Positions 40,586-54,700 of a stretch of 64,000 bases of DNA are shown here, piece after piece. The translations under genes were made by a program, and so were the position numbers. Source of the DNA: Eledone cirrhosa (lineage: Eukaryota); NCBI GenBank assembly GCA_964016885.1, contig OZ024742.1:135904001-135968000 (forward strand), given 5' to 3'. The notes below the pieces were generated by a model, which saw nothing but the letters and a program-made list of their open reading frames with translations, searched no databases and was not told the DNA's origin. Positions within the stretch are counted from its first letter, which is position 1. Each line of letters starts with the position of its first letter.

Positions 40586-43500
40586 CTACAGAACAATGTA
40601 GAGAGAAGGCCCATTTACACGGGCCATTCTCGCTTCTTTCACCCACCTTTCATAAAACTGTCTGGGACCAAGCACTTCTCTCTCCATCCTGATCCTTCTT
40701 CCGAAGTGGTATCGGAAGAAGTAAACCAGGTGATGGCCGGAGAGAAAGTCACCCGACCTCAGACCTTTCAGGCACGTCCACCACACAACCTCTTTCATCA
40801 TGGCTATTACGCACAGAAAGACCGCCTCTGCTTCATTTCTGAAGGGAGGAGGCGGCTTGATGTTCACCACAGACTCGGCGGTTAATCGAATCGGCACCAC
40901 ACGCGACAGCAGTCGTTCGACGTAGCCCCACAGATCGGCAACGCCCGGGCAGTGTACCAGTGCATGCGCAACGGTTTCCTCGTCGCGCACACATCTGGGA
41001 CAGATCTTTTTCGCGGGATCCCTGCCCGGGCGCCCGTGTCTGTAGAGCTTTTCTCGAACGGGCAGAGCCCCCCGGTAACACTGCCAGGCTAGGGACCTCT
41101 GGAAGTTGTCCATGGGTCCCGGGCCGAAAGTTCTACCGAACAGGCTGGCCAGTTCGTCCTCCTCCATGCCTAGCGACTCTCCAAGGGTTTCGTCGCCCCT
41201 GCTAGCCACCAACCCTCTATAGAATGTCGAGGTGGATTCTCCACTGACAGTCGGGTCCGCTTGCCAGATAGCCGTGAGCGCCTGGGCACACTCGGTGTGC
41301 CAGTTGCCCAGTTTTCTCGGTCTTTGCTTCACCCAGGATTGCAGTTCGGTGAGCGAGACGAGCTGTGGGAAGGCTCGCCTCACAAACGGGGCCCACACCG
41401 GCTGACCGTTGAGGAATACCTGTAGATGCCGTAGCCTCAATGCGTGCCTACGCATCAACAGCCACGGCATACCCAGCCCTCCTTTCGAAGGGTGCTGGCA
41501 GCAGATGGATCTCCTCACCATGGGAGGCCGCTTCTTCCAGAGGAACTGGAAGAGCATGCGTTCCATGATGGTGAGCTTTTCCTTGGGGCAAGGCACGACG
41601 GTCAGGCGGTAGTAGATGACGGACGCTATGTAAGCGTTCGTCACCTCCGCCCGACCTTTCAGTGATAGTTTGCACTTGGCCCACTTCTGGGTCAGCGCAA
41701 ACACCCTGCTCGTCACCTCGCCCCAATTCTTCTCCACCTGGAGGTCCGGTCCGAACCAGACCCCGAGCAGCTTCACCGGGCCCTCCGTCCACCGCCCGAC
41801 GACACCGTCTAACGGCATCGGTTTGCCCCTCCACGTTCCGAGTTGCAAACCGACTGACTTGTCCTGGTTCAGCTTAGCCCCCGTCAACCTTTCGTATTCC
41901 TCCAGTAGGGTGGCGATCGCCCCGATTTCCGAGGCGTCCGCCACCATTACTGTTACGTCGTCGGCATAGGCCGAGACCGCTTTGTGCAATCCCGGTTCCA
42001 GGGGTATGCCCCGCAGCAACTCCAACTTCCGCAGCAGTGGCTCGAGAGTCAATACGTACAGAAGGGAGGAGAGGGGGCACCCCTGTCTGATGGATCGGGT
42101 GATTTGAAACGGCTCCGAGAGGTAGCCGTTTACTTTAATCCTAGAGTAGATGTTTCCACTGTGCATGGCAGAAATCCAGCCCCTGAAAACGGGTCCGAAG
42201 CCCGCCGCCGCTAGCACCGCATCCAGGTAACCATGGTCGACCCTATCGAACGCCTTAGATTGATCCAAGTTGATCAGGGCACCACCAAAGCCGGGTTCGT
42301 AGCCAACCCTCTCTATGATGTATCGCATGAGGTGGAGGTTGTCGTGAATGGACCTGGATGGGATAGCGCATGTCTGCGCGTCTCCCACCAAACCACCCAC
42401 CACAAGCGCCAACCTCTTCGCCAACACCTTGGCCAAAATCTGTAACTCTGCATTCAGCAGAGTTATGGGCCTAAAGTTACTTAAGTCGTCCCCCTTGCTC
42501 TCGTCCTTCCTCACTAGCGTGACCACGCCCTTGGTCACAGAACAGGGAATTCTCCCGTTCTGTTGCCAGTTGCAATAGACAGCCTCGAGGAGTTCGGAGA
42601 ACAAGACCGGCATAGCTAAATAAAGTTCGTATGGTAGACCATCGAGACCCGGGGATTTGCGTCTGCTGCATTGGCTGAGCGCTTCCCCGATTTCAGTGGC
42701 TGTGATTGGCCTTTCGCAGCACTCCGCTTCGCCGCTCGAAAGACGCGGTAGACCGTCGAGGTATGGACCGAAGTCCACATCCCCGTCCGGCCCCCCGCCA
42801 CCTCCGAACAGTCGAGCAAAGTGCCTTTGAAAGGCCTCGCACATTCGCTTAGGTTCAAGGATCACCCGTCCATCCTGGTCTCGCAAAGACCGAATGGTGG
42901 ATTTAATCCCACTCTTGGCTTCTGTCACGCGGGCCCAGCTAACAGCTTTGGTCCCCTCGTTTCCTAAAGCACGTATTTTACTTCGGACAACGCAGCCTTC
43001 GTGCTTCGCGTCAAAGAACTGGCTCAACGCCGTTCTCGTCGCTAACACTCTGGCTACGTCTCCGCTCCTAATCGCCTCTTCTAGTTTATCTGTTAACTCC
43101 CTTTCCTTCCTATTTCTATTCGCCGCTAGTTCCTTACTGTAACCTATCGAACTTACTCTAATCTCTCTCTTTAGAGATACCCACCACCTACTGTTGACGA
43201 TCGCTCCCGTCAACCGCATCTTAACTAAGCTACTAATCCGGTTTCTGTAATCTTTCTTTGTCGGTAAGGACAAGTTCATCTTCCAGTAACCGGGACCCTG
43301 TCTATGCGTTCTATCAAGGTTGACCACGCAGGTCACTAATTTGTGATCTGAATAGCCAACCATGATCAGTTCTGGACAACTAAATACGTCCCTATCCTTA
43401 CTCCTAACCAAAAACCTATCTAGGTACGATCTAGATTGTCCACTGCGGTTTGCCCAGGTCCAGGTTGGCGCAGTTGGGCAATCTAGTCGAAATCTATCGA

Positions 43501-44015
43501 CCAGGTCGAATCGATCGAGTAACCCCTTGAGGCTGCTACACCCCCCTCTATCGGGACATGCCCCTGCATAGTCCCAACGCGCATCTAGGATTCCATTCCA
43601 GTCCCCCACTAAAAGCAGGGAACGCGACGTTCCTAGAAAAGTCTCCAGACGCTGGAAGAAGTCGGCTCTTTCCGCCCCGAAGGGAGCATAAAGACCGACC
43701 AGTCTGAAAGCCCCGCCTTCACCGCCTCCGACGTCCAGCACCAGTAATCGACCCCCCGGGTCCGAGTGAACAATCTGTACGTCGAGAGTCAGACGTTTAT
43801 CCAGCAGTACGGCAACTCCCCCCCCCGCCTCCGGGTTGACAGAGAGATGCGTGCATCTCAAAGTCATCGAAGGCGGGCGCCAGCTGTCTCACGCTGCTGA
43901 TCCGACTCTCGCAAACAACCATCACATCTATACTTTGTGACCTGAGGTCACTTAGAAGCTTTGCTTGCTTCCAAGCTGAGCACAGGCCACGCGCGTTCAA
44001 ACAGCCAACTCTCAA
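40586..44015 (-). CDS. LINE ORF2: APE endonuclease, reverse transcriptase and C-terminal Cys motif; one frameshift at the C-run ~43818-43826
   Basis: Motifs VGCLNARGL, VCESR, GVAVLL, GDWN, YLDRFL, YSDH, GPGYWKMN, KSPGLDGLP, FRPITLLN, KAFDRV, IRQGCPLS, YADD and CPRC...ETVAHALVHC. Confidence 0.93.
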
Positions 44016-44020
44016 TTGAT

Positions 44021-45857
44021 CTATTTTGGTGTTGAAAGTGAAGAAAGAAAAGCACTTACCTCTCCGGGTTGCGTAATTTCCATGGCATCAGGTGTGTTGG
44101 GTGGAGGGATGTTTTGTGGTGGTGTGGGGGTACACGTGTGTGGTGGGGTTGGGGTATTTGGAGTTGTGTCAGGGAGAGGGGCGGTTATGGGGAAATCTTT
44201 CAAGAGGACGCGATTCAACGGTTTTAAACAGGGGGGGGGGGGGGGGGCTAACGTCCCGTCTAAATTGTTCTTTTAAGGAACGATAAAGGTCCAGAGGGAC
44301 CTTTATCATTTTTAAATGGGTGAAGTTCTCTGTTGAGATAAAGTTTGGCCCTTCGGTCTGCACCATAGGGTTATTGTTTATTAATTTAACCAGTTTTTTG
44401 TTTTCTTTATTTATATATGTGTATTGCAACGTCTTTTTTTGTGATGCTGTCAATGTTTCGGAGAGGGGAGGCGCAGATTTATTTTTGTTTGTTGAGGGTG
44501 GGGTGTTTTTGATTGGAGTTGGTGTTTGTGTGTGGGTTATTTGTGGTGTGCTGGGTGTGTGTTTTCTTTTTTTTCTTTTAACTTGTCTGAAGGCTTCTCC
44601 TCCTTCTTCTTCAGAAGTTGGGGGAAACTCTTCAGCGCTAGGTGGGAGGGACGTGTTGTGTGGTTGTTTTTTTTTTGCGGGAGGGGTAGATTTGTTACTG
44701 TTTTTTTTATTATTTGTTTGGAATGGGTTTTGTGGTGGTGGTGGTAATGTTTGTGTCGTGCTTGTGGTTGGTGATGGTGATGTTTGTGTTGTGGTTGGTG
44801 GTGGTGATTTTTGTGTCGTGCTTGTGTGTGGTGCTGGTGGTGGTGATGTTTGTGTTGTGTTTGTGGTTGGTGGTGTCTGTATTTTGTTTGCTGTGTGTAG
44901 TATTAGTGTATTTTTGGAGGTGGGTGGTGTTGGTGTACTGTTTGTGGTGGGTGTGGGCAATAGTCCTTTTTGGGGGATACGTTTCGGGCAGTTAGCCTTA
45001 ACGTGTCCCCTTTCCATGCATAAATAGCATGCTGGTCTTCTCCCCTCTACAATTATGTCTATTGGGGTAAGGTCATCCAGCCAGATGCGATCCGGGATTT
45101 GTGCTATTCTTTCGGGCCTCATTTGGACTAGTATGTCGAGGCCCATTCCCAGGAACGCATCTCCAGTTGCCTTCCCCATTGACAGCATTGTGTCTTCGCC
45201 CATGTCTATGAAGCCAGCAATAGCCCACCAGAAGTCCATTGTGGGCAGCATTGTTTTTACTTTTACTCTCTGTGTTCTTCTACCCATGTAGGAGGGATAG
45301 AAGCTGTATGTTGTCGATGAGAGTGTGCTTAGGGAAAGCTTCTCCGCCGTTTCCTTGTCTCTTGTTAGGACCGAAATGCTGCCATAGAGTCGGTCCTTTC
45401 GTATGAAGAGAATATTCTTCATATAGTCTTTTAGGACTAACTCTATTTCCATTTGGCTGGGCTGTGCTGGCTTTCTTGTCTGGTTCAGTATAGTTCTGAA
45501 GAGAACTGTGTTCTCTGTTTTTTCTTTCTTGAATTCTGGGGGGGAGTTAATGGAAAACATTCCGTTCTCCCCCAAAACAATGTGTTTCTTTGCTTCGGCC
45601 AGTTTTTCTCTGGCGGCAGTTAGGTCAATTGGTGTGTATGTAATGGATTGTTTTGTTTTCTGGGCGAAAGTTGCCCTGTTGTTATTTGTATTATTTTCTG
45701 TTTGTTTGTTTTCCGTTTGCTCATTTTCTTTAACATTTGTTTTTTCATTTTCTTTGTTTGTTTCATTGTCTAATTTTGTTGTAATTATTTTTTGTTCTTC
45801 AGACTTGGGGGGCGTGGCAGAGCTAATGGCAGACATGTCTGCCATCTTTTCCGCCAT
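44021..45857 (-). CDS. LINE ORF1 (gag-like, CX2CX4HX4C knuckle, Pro/Thr-rich tail); probable frameshift at the G-run 44231-44247
   Basis: EGRRPACYLCMERGHVKANCP. The track ORF 44169-45884 continues plausibly into 44021-44218, which stops 5 nt before ORF2. Confidence 0.82.
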
Positions 45858-46071
45858 GCTGCCAAGAAAGAAATTTTTCGGCAAAAATAGATATTTATTT
45901 TACCCCCTAAAAAGAGGGTAAATGCAAAAATGTTTCCCTAAATAACAGGGGTTAGTGTTCCAAATGTGTTGCACTGAAAAATTTATCCGGTACTTACAAT
46001 AGTAAGGGTAAATCCCGATGGAATAGCGGAGCCGATGTGAAGCGTGTCTTACTCTATCAAGATAGATAGAT

Positions 46072-47275
46072 TTCTTTATTAGCCACAAGGGCGCAACAAG
46101 AAAGGGGACAATACAAAGACATGCCGGGGATTTTACATACAGTCGTGTAAAAAATATAAAAACAAACAATTTCAACAATCGAAATCCCCAATAGGGGGGA
46201 GGCGCCACAAATGGGTTGTTTAATACCCCGTCGATAGAACAACCCTCAACTCAAGGAGCGTGTTGTGCAAGTGCTCCTTTCTTCCTTTTGCTCTCTTCCT
46301 CAACCTACAGGCTTATAAACAGAGAAGGCCCAATCACTCGGGCCATTTTCGCTTCATTCACCCACCTTTCAGTAAATTTACTGGGGTGCAGTGCCTCTCT
46401 CTCCACCCTGATTCTCCTTCTAAAGTGATACTTAAAGAATGGAATCAATTGTTGTCCGGAGAGAAAGGCATCTGTCCTCAGTCCTCTCAACCTCGTCCAC
46501 CATATAACTTCTTTCACCATAGCCACCGTACAGAGGAAAACCGCCTCTCTTTCGTTTTTGAAAGAGTCTGGCGGTTTGATCCTTACTATGGACTCGGCAG
46601 TCAACTGTATTTGTCCCATACGCGACAGCAGTTGTTCTGCATAGTTCCACAGGTCGCTTACGCCCGGGCAGTGTACAATTGCGTGCAGAACTGTTTCAAT
46701 GTCCTGCGCACATCTTGGACACGTCCTCTTGGAAGGATCCCTGCCAGGGCGTCCGTGCCTGTAGATCTTGTCACGAACCGGTAGAGCTCCTCGGTAGTAC
46801 TGCCAGGCCAGAGACCTCTGGAAGTTGTCCATAGGTCCCGGGCGGAAAGTCCTACCAAACATACTGGTGAGCTCATCGTCTTCGACGCCCAGAGTCTCTC
46901 CGAGCACGTCGTCGCCCTTGTAACGTACAATCCCTCTATAGAATGTCGAAGTGGAGTCTCCACTGATTGCTGCGCCCGCTTGCCAGAGGACTGTGAGCGC
47001 CTGAGCGCATTCAATGTGCCAGGCGCCCATCGTTTTCGGTCTTTTCTTCACCCAGGACTGCAGCTCCGTTAGCGAGACGAGCTGTGGGAAAGCCTGTCTC
47101 ACAAACGGTGCCCACACCGGTTGGGGGTCGGTGAGGAATACCTGGAGATGCCGCAGCCTCAGCGCATGTTTGCGCATCATCAGCCACGGCATTCCCAGCC
47201 CTCCGTTGGAAGGGTGCTGACAGCAGACGGATCTCCTCACCAGCGGAGCCTGCTTCTTCCACAGAAACTGGAAGA
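46072..47275 (-). mobile_element. 5'-truncated Tx1 LINE of a related subfamily with an 18-bp TSD
   Basis: ORF 46305-47275 is homologous to the ORF2 C-terminus. CTATCAAGATAGATAGAT occurs at 46054-46071 and 47276-47293. Confidence 0.92.
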
Positions 47276-47558
47276 CTATCAAGATAGATAGATAGATAGA
47301 TAGATTAACAATTTTTCTCTCAAACATGCTATATTCAAAACACGAATATGCTCCATTTAAATAATTTTATTAATGATTTGTTTCATATTTCCTCATTAGT
47401 TCCTCTGTTTAGTTTGGAACAATGGCACTCCTACATCCATATATGTATTAACGTTTCGATGCACTCACATCCACATTTTTAGAATCAGAATGGTCACATT
47501 AGTGGCGTATTCGTCGCATGTGTATGTATGTATGTATGTATGTATGTGTAGATGTGAA

Positions 47559-47876
47559 GGCGTATGACTTTGTGGTTAGGGTAGTCGTCTCACAATTGTA
47601 AGTTCATGAGTTCGATTCCCGGCGGCGCCTTGAGTCCTTGAGCATGTCACTTTATTTCACGTTGCTCCAATCCACTCAGCTGCCAAAAATAAATTGTCCC
47701 TGAAATTCGAAGGGTCGGCCTTGTCACATTCGGTGTCACGCTGAATCTCCCTGAGAACTACGGTAAGGTAACGCGTATTTGTGGAATGCTCGGCCACTTG
47801 AACGTTAATTTCACGAGCAGGCTGTTCCACTGATCGAATCAACTGGAACACTCATCGTCGTAACCGACGGAGTGCC
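47559..47876 (+). mobile_element. tRNA-derived SINE family B with a CORE-like middle and an RTE-like 3' hairpin
   Basis: GTGGTTAG A box, GAGTTCGATTCCC B box, GTCCTTGAGCATGTCACTTTA CORE-like segment and 3' CGTCGTAACCGACG hairpin, in (ATGT)n. Confidence 0.75.
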
Positions 47877-49024
47877 TTCATTCATGAATGTATGTATGTG
47901 TGTATGTGTGTATGTATGTGTATGTGTGTATGTATGTGTATGTGTGTTTATATATGAATGTATGTGTGAGCGTGTGTGCGGGTGTATTTGAGTATTAAAC
48001 ATATGTATAGTTACAGATTATAACTCTCCGTGGTAAACAATTAAACAAACATGAAGATCATTTTGTTATTTTCTTTTTATACACCGACAATATTTGTGTC
48101 TCGCCTAATTAGCCGTTCCTGTGTAGACAAGTAGACTAATGCTCCACCTACATACATAGATGGATATAAGTGAACGATATTTTTATGTTAAATTTAATAA
48201 GAATTGAAATCGTCTTTTGAATTTGGTAATATACATTCGTCGGTGGCGGAATTATTAAAATAAAGAATACTTGTGCATATTACAGCGTATTCTAGAAAAT
48301 CTAAGATAGATTTGCCTCAGGTATAACTAAAGTTTATAGGCCTCATAAATTTAAATAAATGTAAAGACCATTCTCTTTTAGGCAATCTGCTAAACTTTTC
48401 CCTGCAAAAGCTGAATAACCGAATATTCTTCACCGTTGAGACTGAGGGAGGAATTATAGGACTGACAATCTAAGCCAGGAAGCCAAGGTGCCACATTTGG
48501 GATAGCAAAAGCTAGTCGAGGACTTTCTAGTTTGATGACCTGAAAAGGCGTAAAATGAGTCATAGACAACAGCAAAGTCGACTTAGAGATATCCTTCCAC
48601 GGACGTGGCCTCAATGATGACAAAAAAATAAAAAAACGTCAGTGGACAAGAGTCCTAGACCCCTGACATATCTCACTATACAGCATAATCCTCTGATAAA
48701 CTTGGGAAGGAGATGAATGGCGAACAAAATTAGCAGGCAACTGGAAGAATTGTACAACCAAGAAATAGAAACAAAAACTATTTACTAATAGTTTATGAAA
48801 TTAATATTATGTAAATATTGTGTATATATAGGTGAAGGCTTATAAGGATAGTGAGGTATCCTAGTAGAAGCGTGATAGCAGCTTCCCATCCGCGAGTAGG
48901 CGTGTCGCGTTTTTTTTTAGTTAATTGTAATGGAAAGAAGGCTTCGTCGTTAGTAATTTAACATACGTAAATTCCAGGATAGCGACACACGCAAAACGAG
49001 TTTTTAATGAAGGTCATAGGGGCA

Positions 49025-49175
49025 TAGGTAGCGAATTGGTAGAGTCGTTAGAACATCAAATAAAATGCTTTGTGGTATTGATTTCGGCTATCTGTTCTTT
49101 GAGTTCAAATACCTCCGAGCTATTTGCTTTTCATCCATACAAAGTCAATAAAAAAGTACCAGTCTAGTACTGGAG
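49025..49175 (+). mobile_element. SINE family A-related, diverged
   Basis: GAATTGGTAGAG...GAGTTCAAAT...TTTCATCC...AAAGTACCAGT. Confidence 0.6.
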
Positions 49176-49523
49176 GAGATTATTCTTCTATATCTCTTCT
49201 CGCTTCCATTCTCGCTATCTTTCTCTGGAAGAAATCTGCTGTATTCTGACCTGGAGAGGAAATGGGCTATGTGCGAATGAGTTATGGGACCATTCATACA
49301 TAGGGATATAATTGATTTAATCGAAAGCAGGATTTGATTGGAGTTTATTATACCGATAAGTTAATAAAATGACCGAAGTGATAGCTGCCAAATACTCTTA
49401 CGATATTCGTTCTTAATCTCTGGGTTCAACTCTCGACAAATTCAAATTTGCCTTTAATAATTTCAGAGTCAACAAAGTGTCAGATAACTAATTTATATGT
49501 CATGTTGCTCCAGTAATCTCAGC

Positions 49524-49580
<57 letters not shown>

Positions 49581-50121
49581 ATTCAAGGGATCAGAATTCT
49601 CACCCTTGGTCTTACTCTGAATCTCCCAGGAAAATATGTTAATGATGCGTATGTCTGTGAAAAGCTTTAGCAAGTTCATGTTACTTTCATGAGGAGGCTG
49701 TTTTTTTATGCTTGAACAACTTGAACACACGTCATCGGAACCATCGGCGGTCAAGCACCAATACCACCATCGCCACAACCACCACCACCACCACCACCAC
49801 ACAATATATATGACATTAAAATCCATATCATTTTCTTTATTTAAGCGTTTATTGTATAACTAAATGGTGACTTAATAAGCAAGTAATAATTTCTATTATT
49901 CTCCTTTCCACCCTCACTACCCTTAGCATCCAACGAACTCCAATTATTCCCTTGCTTTCGATTCCCCTTCTGAAACTCCATGTCCCACTAAGAGGGGCGG
50001 TAGCACACTCTTTCATATTCAGTGCTTTAATAGGTGCGTCGAGCATAGATCTTTTAAACATAATCAATGCTATAACATATAGAATTTTCAAAGAATCAAA
50101 GGTATACATGATACACATAGT

Positions 50122-50499
50122 GGTGGATAGGCAGTATCGGTAGAGGGTCGGACGCCATACTTTGACGCATAGAGTTACGGCCCTTGCCATTCTGAGTTCA
50201 AATCCCGCCAAGGTTAACTTTGCCTTTCATCCTTACGGGATCGATAAAATAAAGTACCAGTAATGCACTGGGTAATTGCTGGCCTTGTGCCTAACGTAGA
50301 AACAATTATTTTGTATGGCAGTATCGGTAGAGGGTCGGACGCCATGCTTTGCAGCATAGAGTTACGCCCCTTTACGGTCTGTGTTCAAATCCCACCAAGG
50401 TTATCTTTGCCTTTCATCCTTACGGAGTCGATAAAATAAAGTACCAGTAATGCACTGGGTAATTGCTGGCCTTGTGCCAAATATAGAAACAATTATTTT
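50122..50499 (+). mobile_element. Two tandem SINE family A copies
   Basis: 50122-50311 and 50317-50499 each have head, core and AGAAACAATTATT tail. Confidence 0.88.
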
Positions 50500-50894
50500 G
50501 TACCAGAAAGCATTCCATTTTTAAGACCGTTAATTGCATTTTAGTTAGATTTGGTTGCTATTTCTAGCGAGTTGAGTTCACACAAATAATGTCCCTTGTT
50601 CAAGTCGATTGACAAACTGTTCAAGCTAAACATGACACGTAGCAGTTTGGGGAAGGGTTTCTGCGAAAATCATGAAACAGGGGCACTGCCCCGATAATGT
50701 GACTAACCTTAAAATAAACAAGCGTAGGATCCCACATTTCAGGGTGGAGGGAACAGTTGATTAAATCTGTTAATCGGCGCCATTATTTGGACTGGGACTT
50801 CAACTTATCATCACCCCATCTACCACTAGGAGATTTGGAAGGGAGAAAATAGAGATAATAAAGAGAAGAGAGGTTTGAATGAAGAAAATGATCA

Positions 50895-50905
50895 GTCCGA
50901 TGATG

Positions 50906-50936
<31 letters not shown>

Positions 50937-51502
50937 TGATGATGGTGATGGTGGTGATGATGGTGATGATGGTGATGATGGTGATGGTGGTGATGATGGT
51001 GATGATGTAGATGATGATGATGATGTAGATGATGATGATGATGATGATGATGGTAATGATGATGATGATGATGATGACCACGACGACGACGACGGCGACG
51101 ACGTCTACGTCGATGGTACTGGTCGAGTTGGTGTTGTCGTTGGGTTTTTTTGGGGGGGAGGGGATGTAAGAGATAGTTTATACTGATTATGATGGTGATG
51201 ATGATGTTGGTGTTGAAAGAGATGATGATGATGAAGGAGGAGCAGGAGGAGTATAAAGAAGGTGGTGGTGATAATTGTTTCTACTTTTGGCACGAACGAA
51301 GCCAGCAATCATCGCAGTGTATTACTGGTACTTTATTTTATCGACCCCGTAAGGATGAAAGGGAAAGTTAACCTCGGCGGGATTTGAACTCAGACTCAAC
51401 AGGGATGGTATTGATAATGATGATGATGTTGATGTTGATATTGATGATGATGATGATGATGATGATGTTGATGGTGACAATGATGATGATGTTGATGATG
51501 AA

Positions 51503-51539
<37 letters not shown>

Positions 51540-51613
51540 TTGATATTGATGATGACGATGATGATGATGTTGATGATTATGATGTTGATGATGGTGATGA
51601 TGATGATGATGAC

Positions 51614-51645
<32 letters not shown>
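50895..51645. repeat. (GAT)n-rich repeats with a partial minus-strand SINE A at 51271-51392
   Basis: Directly visible. Confidence 0.9.
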
Positions 51646-51646
<1 letters not shown>

Positions 51647-51711
51647 AAGAAACGAATTATAACGATCCATGAGAGACGAAAGGAGTTGTTTTATAATGTA
51701 TATATTTTCTT

Positions 51712-54700
51712 CCACTACAACTACCGCCACAACCATAGCAGCCACCACTAACACAACTACCACCACAACCATAGCAGCCACCACTAACACAACTACCACC
51801 ACAACCATAGCAGCCACCACTAACACAACTACCACCACAGCCATAGCAGCCACCACTAACACAACTACCACCACAGCCATAGCAGCCACCACTAACACAA
51901 CTACCACCACAGCCATAGCAGCCACCACTAACACAACTACCACCACAACCATAGCAGCCACCACTAACACAACTACCACCACAACCATAGCAGCCACCAC
52001 TAACACAACTACCACCACAGCCATAGCAGCCACCACTAACACAACTACCACCACAGCCATAGCAGCCACCACTAACACAACTACCACCACAGCCATAGCA
52101 GCCACCACTAACACAACTACCACCACAGCCATAGCAGCCAACACTAACACAACTACCACCACAGCCATAGCAGCCAACACTAACACAACTACCACCACTA
52201 CCATAGCAGCCACCACTAACACAACTACCACCACAGCCACAGCAGCCACCACTAACACAACTACCGCCACAACCACAGCAGCCACCACTAACACAACTAC
52301 CACCACAGCCATAGCAGCCACCGCTAACACAACTACCACCACTACCATAGCAGCCACCACTAACACAACTACCACCACTACCATAGCAGCCACCACTAAC
52401 TCAACTACCATCACGACCATAGCAGCCAGCACTAACACAACTACCGCCACAACCACAGCAAGCACCAGTAACACAACTACCACCACAACCATAGCAACCA
52501 CCACTAACACAACTACCACCACAACCATAGCAGCCACCACTAACACAACTACCACCACAGCCACAGCAGCCACCACTAACACAACTACCGCCACAACCAT
52601 AGCAGCCACCACTAACACAACTACCGCCACTACCATAGCAGCCACCACTAACACAACTACCACCACAACCACAGCAGCCACCACTAACACAACTACCACC
52701 ACTACCATAGCAGCCACCACTAACACAACTACCGCCACTACCATAGCAGCCACCACTAACACAACTACCACCACAACCACAGCAGCCACCACTAACACAA
52801 CTACCACCACAACCACAGCAGGCACCACTAACACATCTACAACCACAACCATAGCAGCCACCACTAACACAACTACCACCACAACCATAGCAGCCACCAC
52901 TAACACAACTACCACCACAGCCATAGCAGCCACCACTAACACAACTACCACCACAACCACAGCAGGCACCACTAACACAACTACCACCACAACCACAGCA
53001 GCCACCATTAACACAACTACCACCACAACCACAGCAGGCACCACTAACACAACTACCACCACAACCACAGCAGCCACCACTAACACAACTACCACCACAA
53101 CCATAGCAGCCACCACTAACACAACTACCACAACAGCCATAGCAGCAGCCACTAACACAACTACCACCACAGCCATAGCAGCCACCACTAACACAACTAC
53201 CACAACAACCACAGCAGGCACCACTAACACAACTACCACCACAACCACAGCAGCCACCACTAACACAACTACCACCACAACCACAGCAGGCACCACTAAC
53301 ACAACTACCACCACAACCATAGCAGCCACCACTAACACAACTACCACCACAACCATAGCAGCCACCACTAACACAACTACAACAACAGCCATAGCAGCAG
53401 CCACTAACACAACTACCACCACTACCATAGCAGCCACCACTAACGCAACTACCACCACAACCATAGCAGCCACCACTAACACAACTACCACCACAACCAT
53501 AGCAGCCACCACTAACACAACTACCACCACAGCCATAGCAGCCACCACTAACACAACTACCACCACTACCATAGCAGCCACCACTAACACAACTACAACC
53601 ACAACCACAGCAGGCACCACTAACACAACTACCATCACAACCATAGCAGCCACCACTAACACAACTACCACCACAACCATAGCAGCCACCACTAACACAA
53701 CTACCACCACAGCCATAGCAGCCACCACTAACACAACTACCACCACTACCATAGCAGCCACCACTAACACAACTACCACCACTACCATAGCAGCCACCAC
53801 TAACACAACTACCACCACTACCATAGCAGCCACCACTAACACAACTACCACCACTACCATAGCAGCCAACACTAACACAACTACCACCACAACCATAGCA
53901 GCCACCACTAACACAACTACCACCACAGCCATAGCAGCCACCACTAACACAACTACCACCACTACCATAGCAGCCACCACTAACACAACTACCACCACTA
54001 CCATAGCAGCCACCACTAACTCAACTACCATCACAACCATAGCAGCCACCACTAACACAACTACCGCCACAACCACAGCAAGCACCACTAAAACAACTAC
54101 CACCACAACCATAGCAGCCACCACTAACACAACTACCATAGCAACCACCACTAATACAACTACCACCACAACCATAGCAGCCACCACTAACACAACTACC
54201 ACCACAGCCATAAGAGCCACCACTAACACAAGTAGCACCACAACCACAGCAGCCACCACTAACACAACTACCACCACAACCACAGCAGCCACCACTAACA
54301 CAACTACCACCACAGCCATAACAGCCACCACTAACACAAGTAGCACCACAAATACAGCAGCCACCACTAACACAACTACCACCACAACCATAGCAGCCAC
54401 CACTACCACAACTACCATAGCAGCCACCACTAACACAACTACCACCACAGCCATAAGAGCCACCACTAACACAAGTAGCACCACAACCACAGCAGCCACC
54501 ACTAAAACAACTACCACCACAACCATAGCAGCCACCACTACCACAACTACCATAGCAGCCACCACTAACACAACTACCACCACAACCATAGCAACCACCA
54601 CTAACACAACTACCACCACAACCATAGCAGCCACCACTAACACAACTACCACCACAGCCATAGCAGCCACCACTAACACAACTACCACCACAGCCATAGC

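Larger units (their letters stand above)
40347..46054 (-). mobile_element. Apparently full-length Tx1/L1-clade LINE (~5.7 kb)
   Basis: 5' UTR, ORF1 with a CCHC knuckle, ORF2 APE-RT-CCHC, and a 3' UTR with AATAAA ending in ATCTAT. Confidence 0.92.

Noticed and set aside
44021-44059. GTAAGT...TAG micro-intron fusing LINE ORF1 to ORF2
   Set aside because: It is only 39 nt, and splicing would give ATC AAT TGA, an immediate stop rather than a fusion.
48390-48538. Possible minus-strand exon after a strong TTTTCAG acceptor
   Set aside because: Short, unrecognised peptide with no partner exon, within chance expectation.
50800-51662. Poly-Asp, poly-Met and poly-Ile ORFs; also poly-Pro/Gly at 37326-37737
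   Set aside because: Trinucleotide repeat translations interrupted by or adjacent to SINEs.
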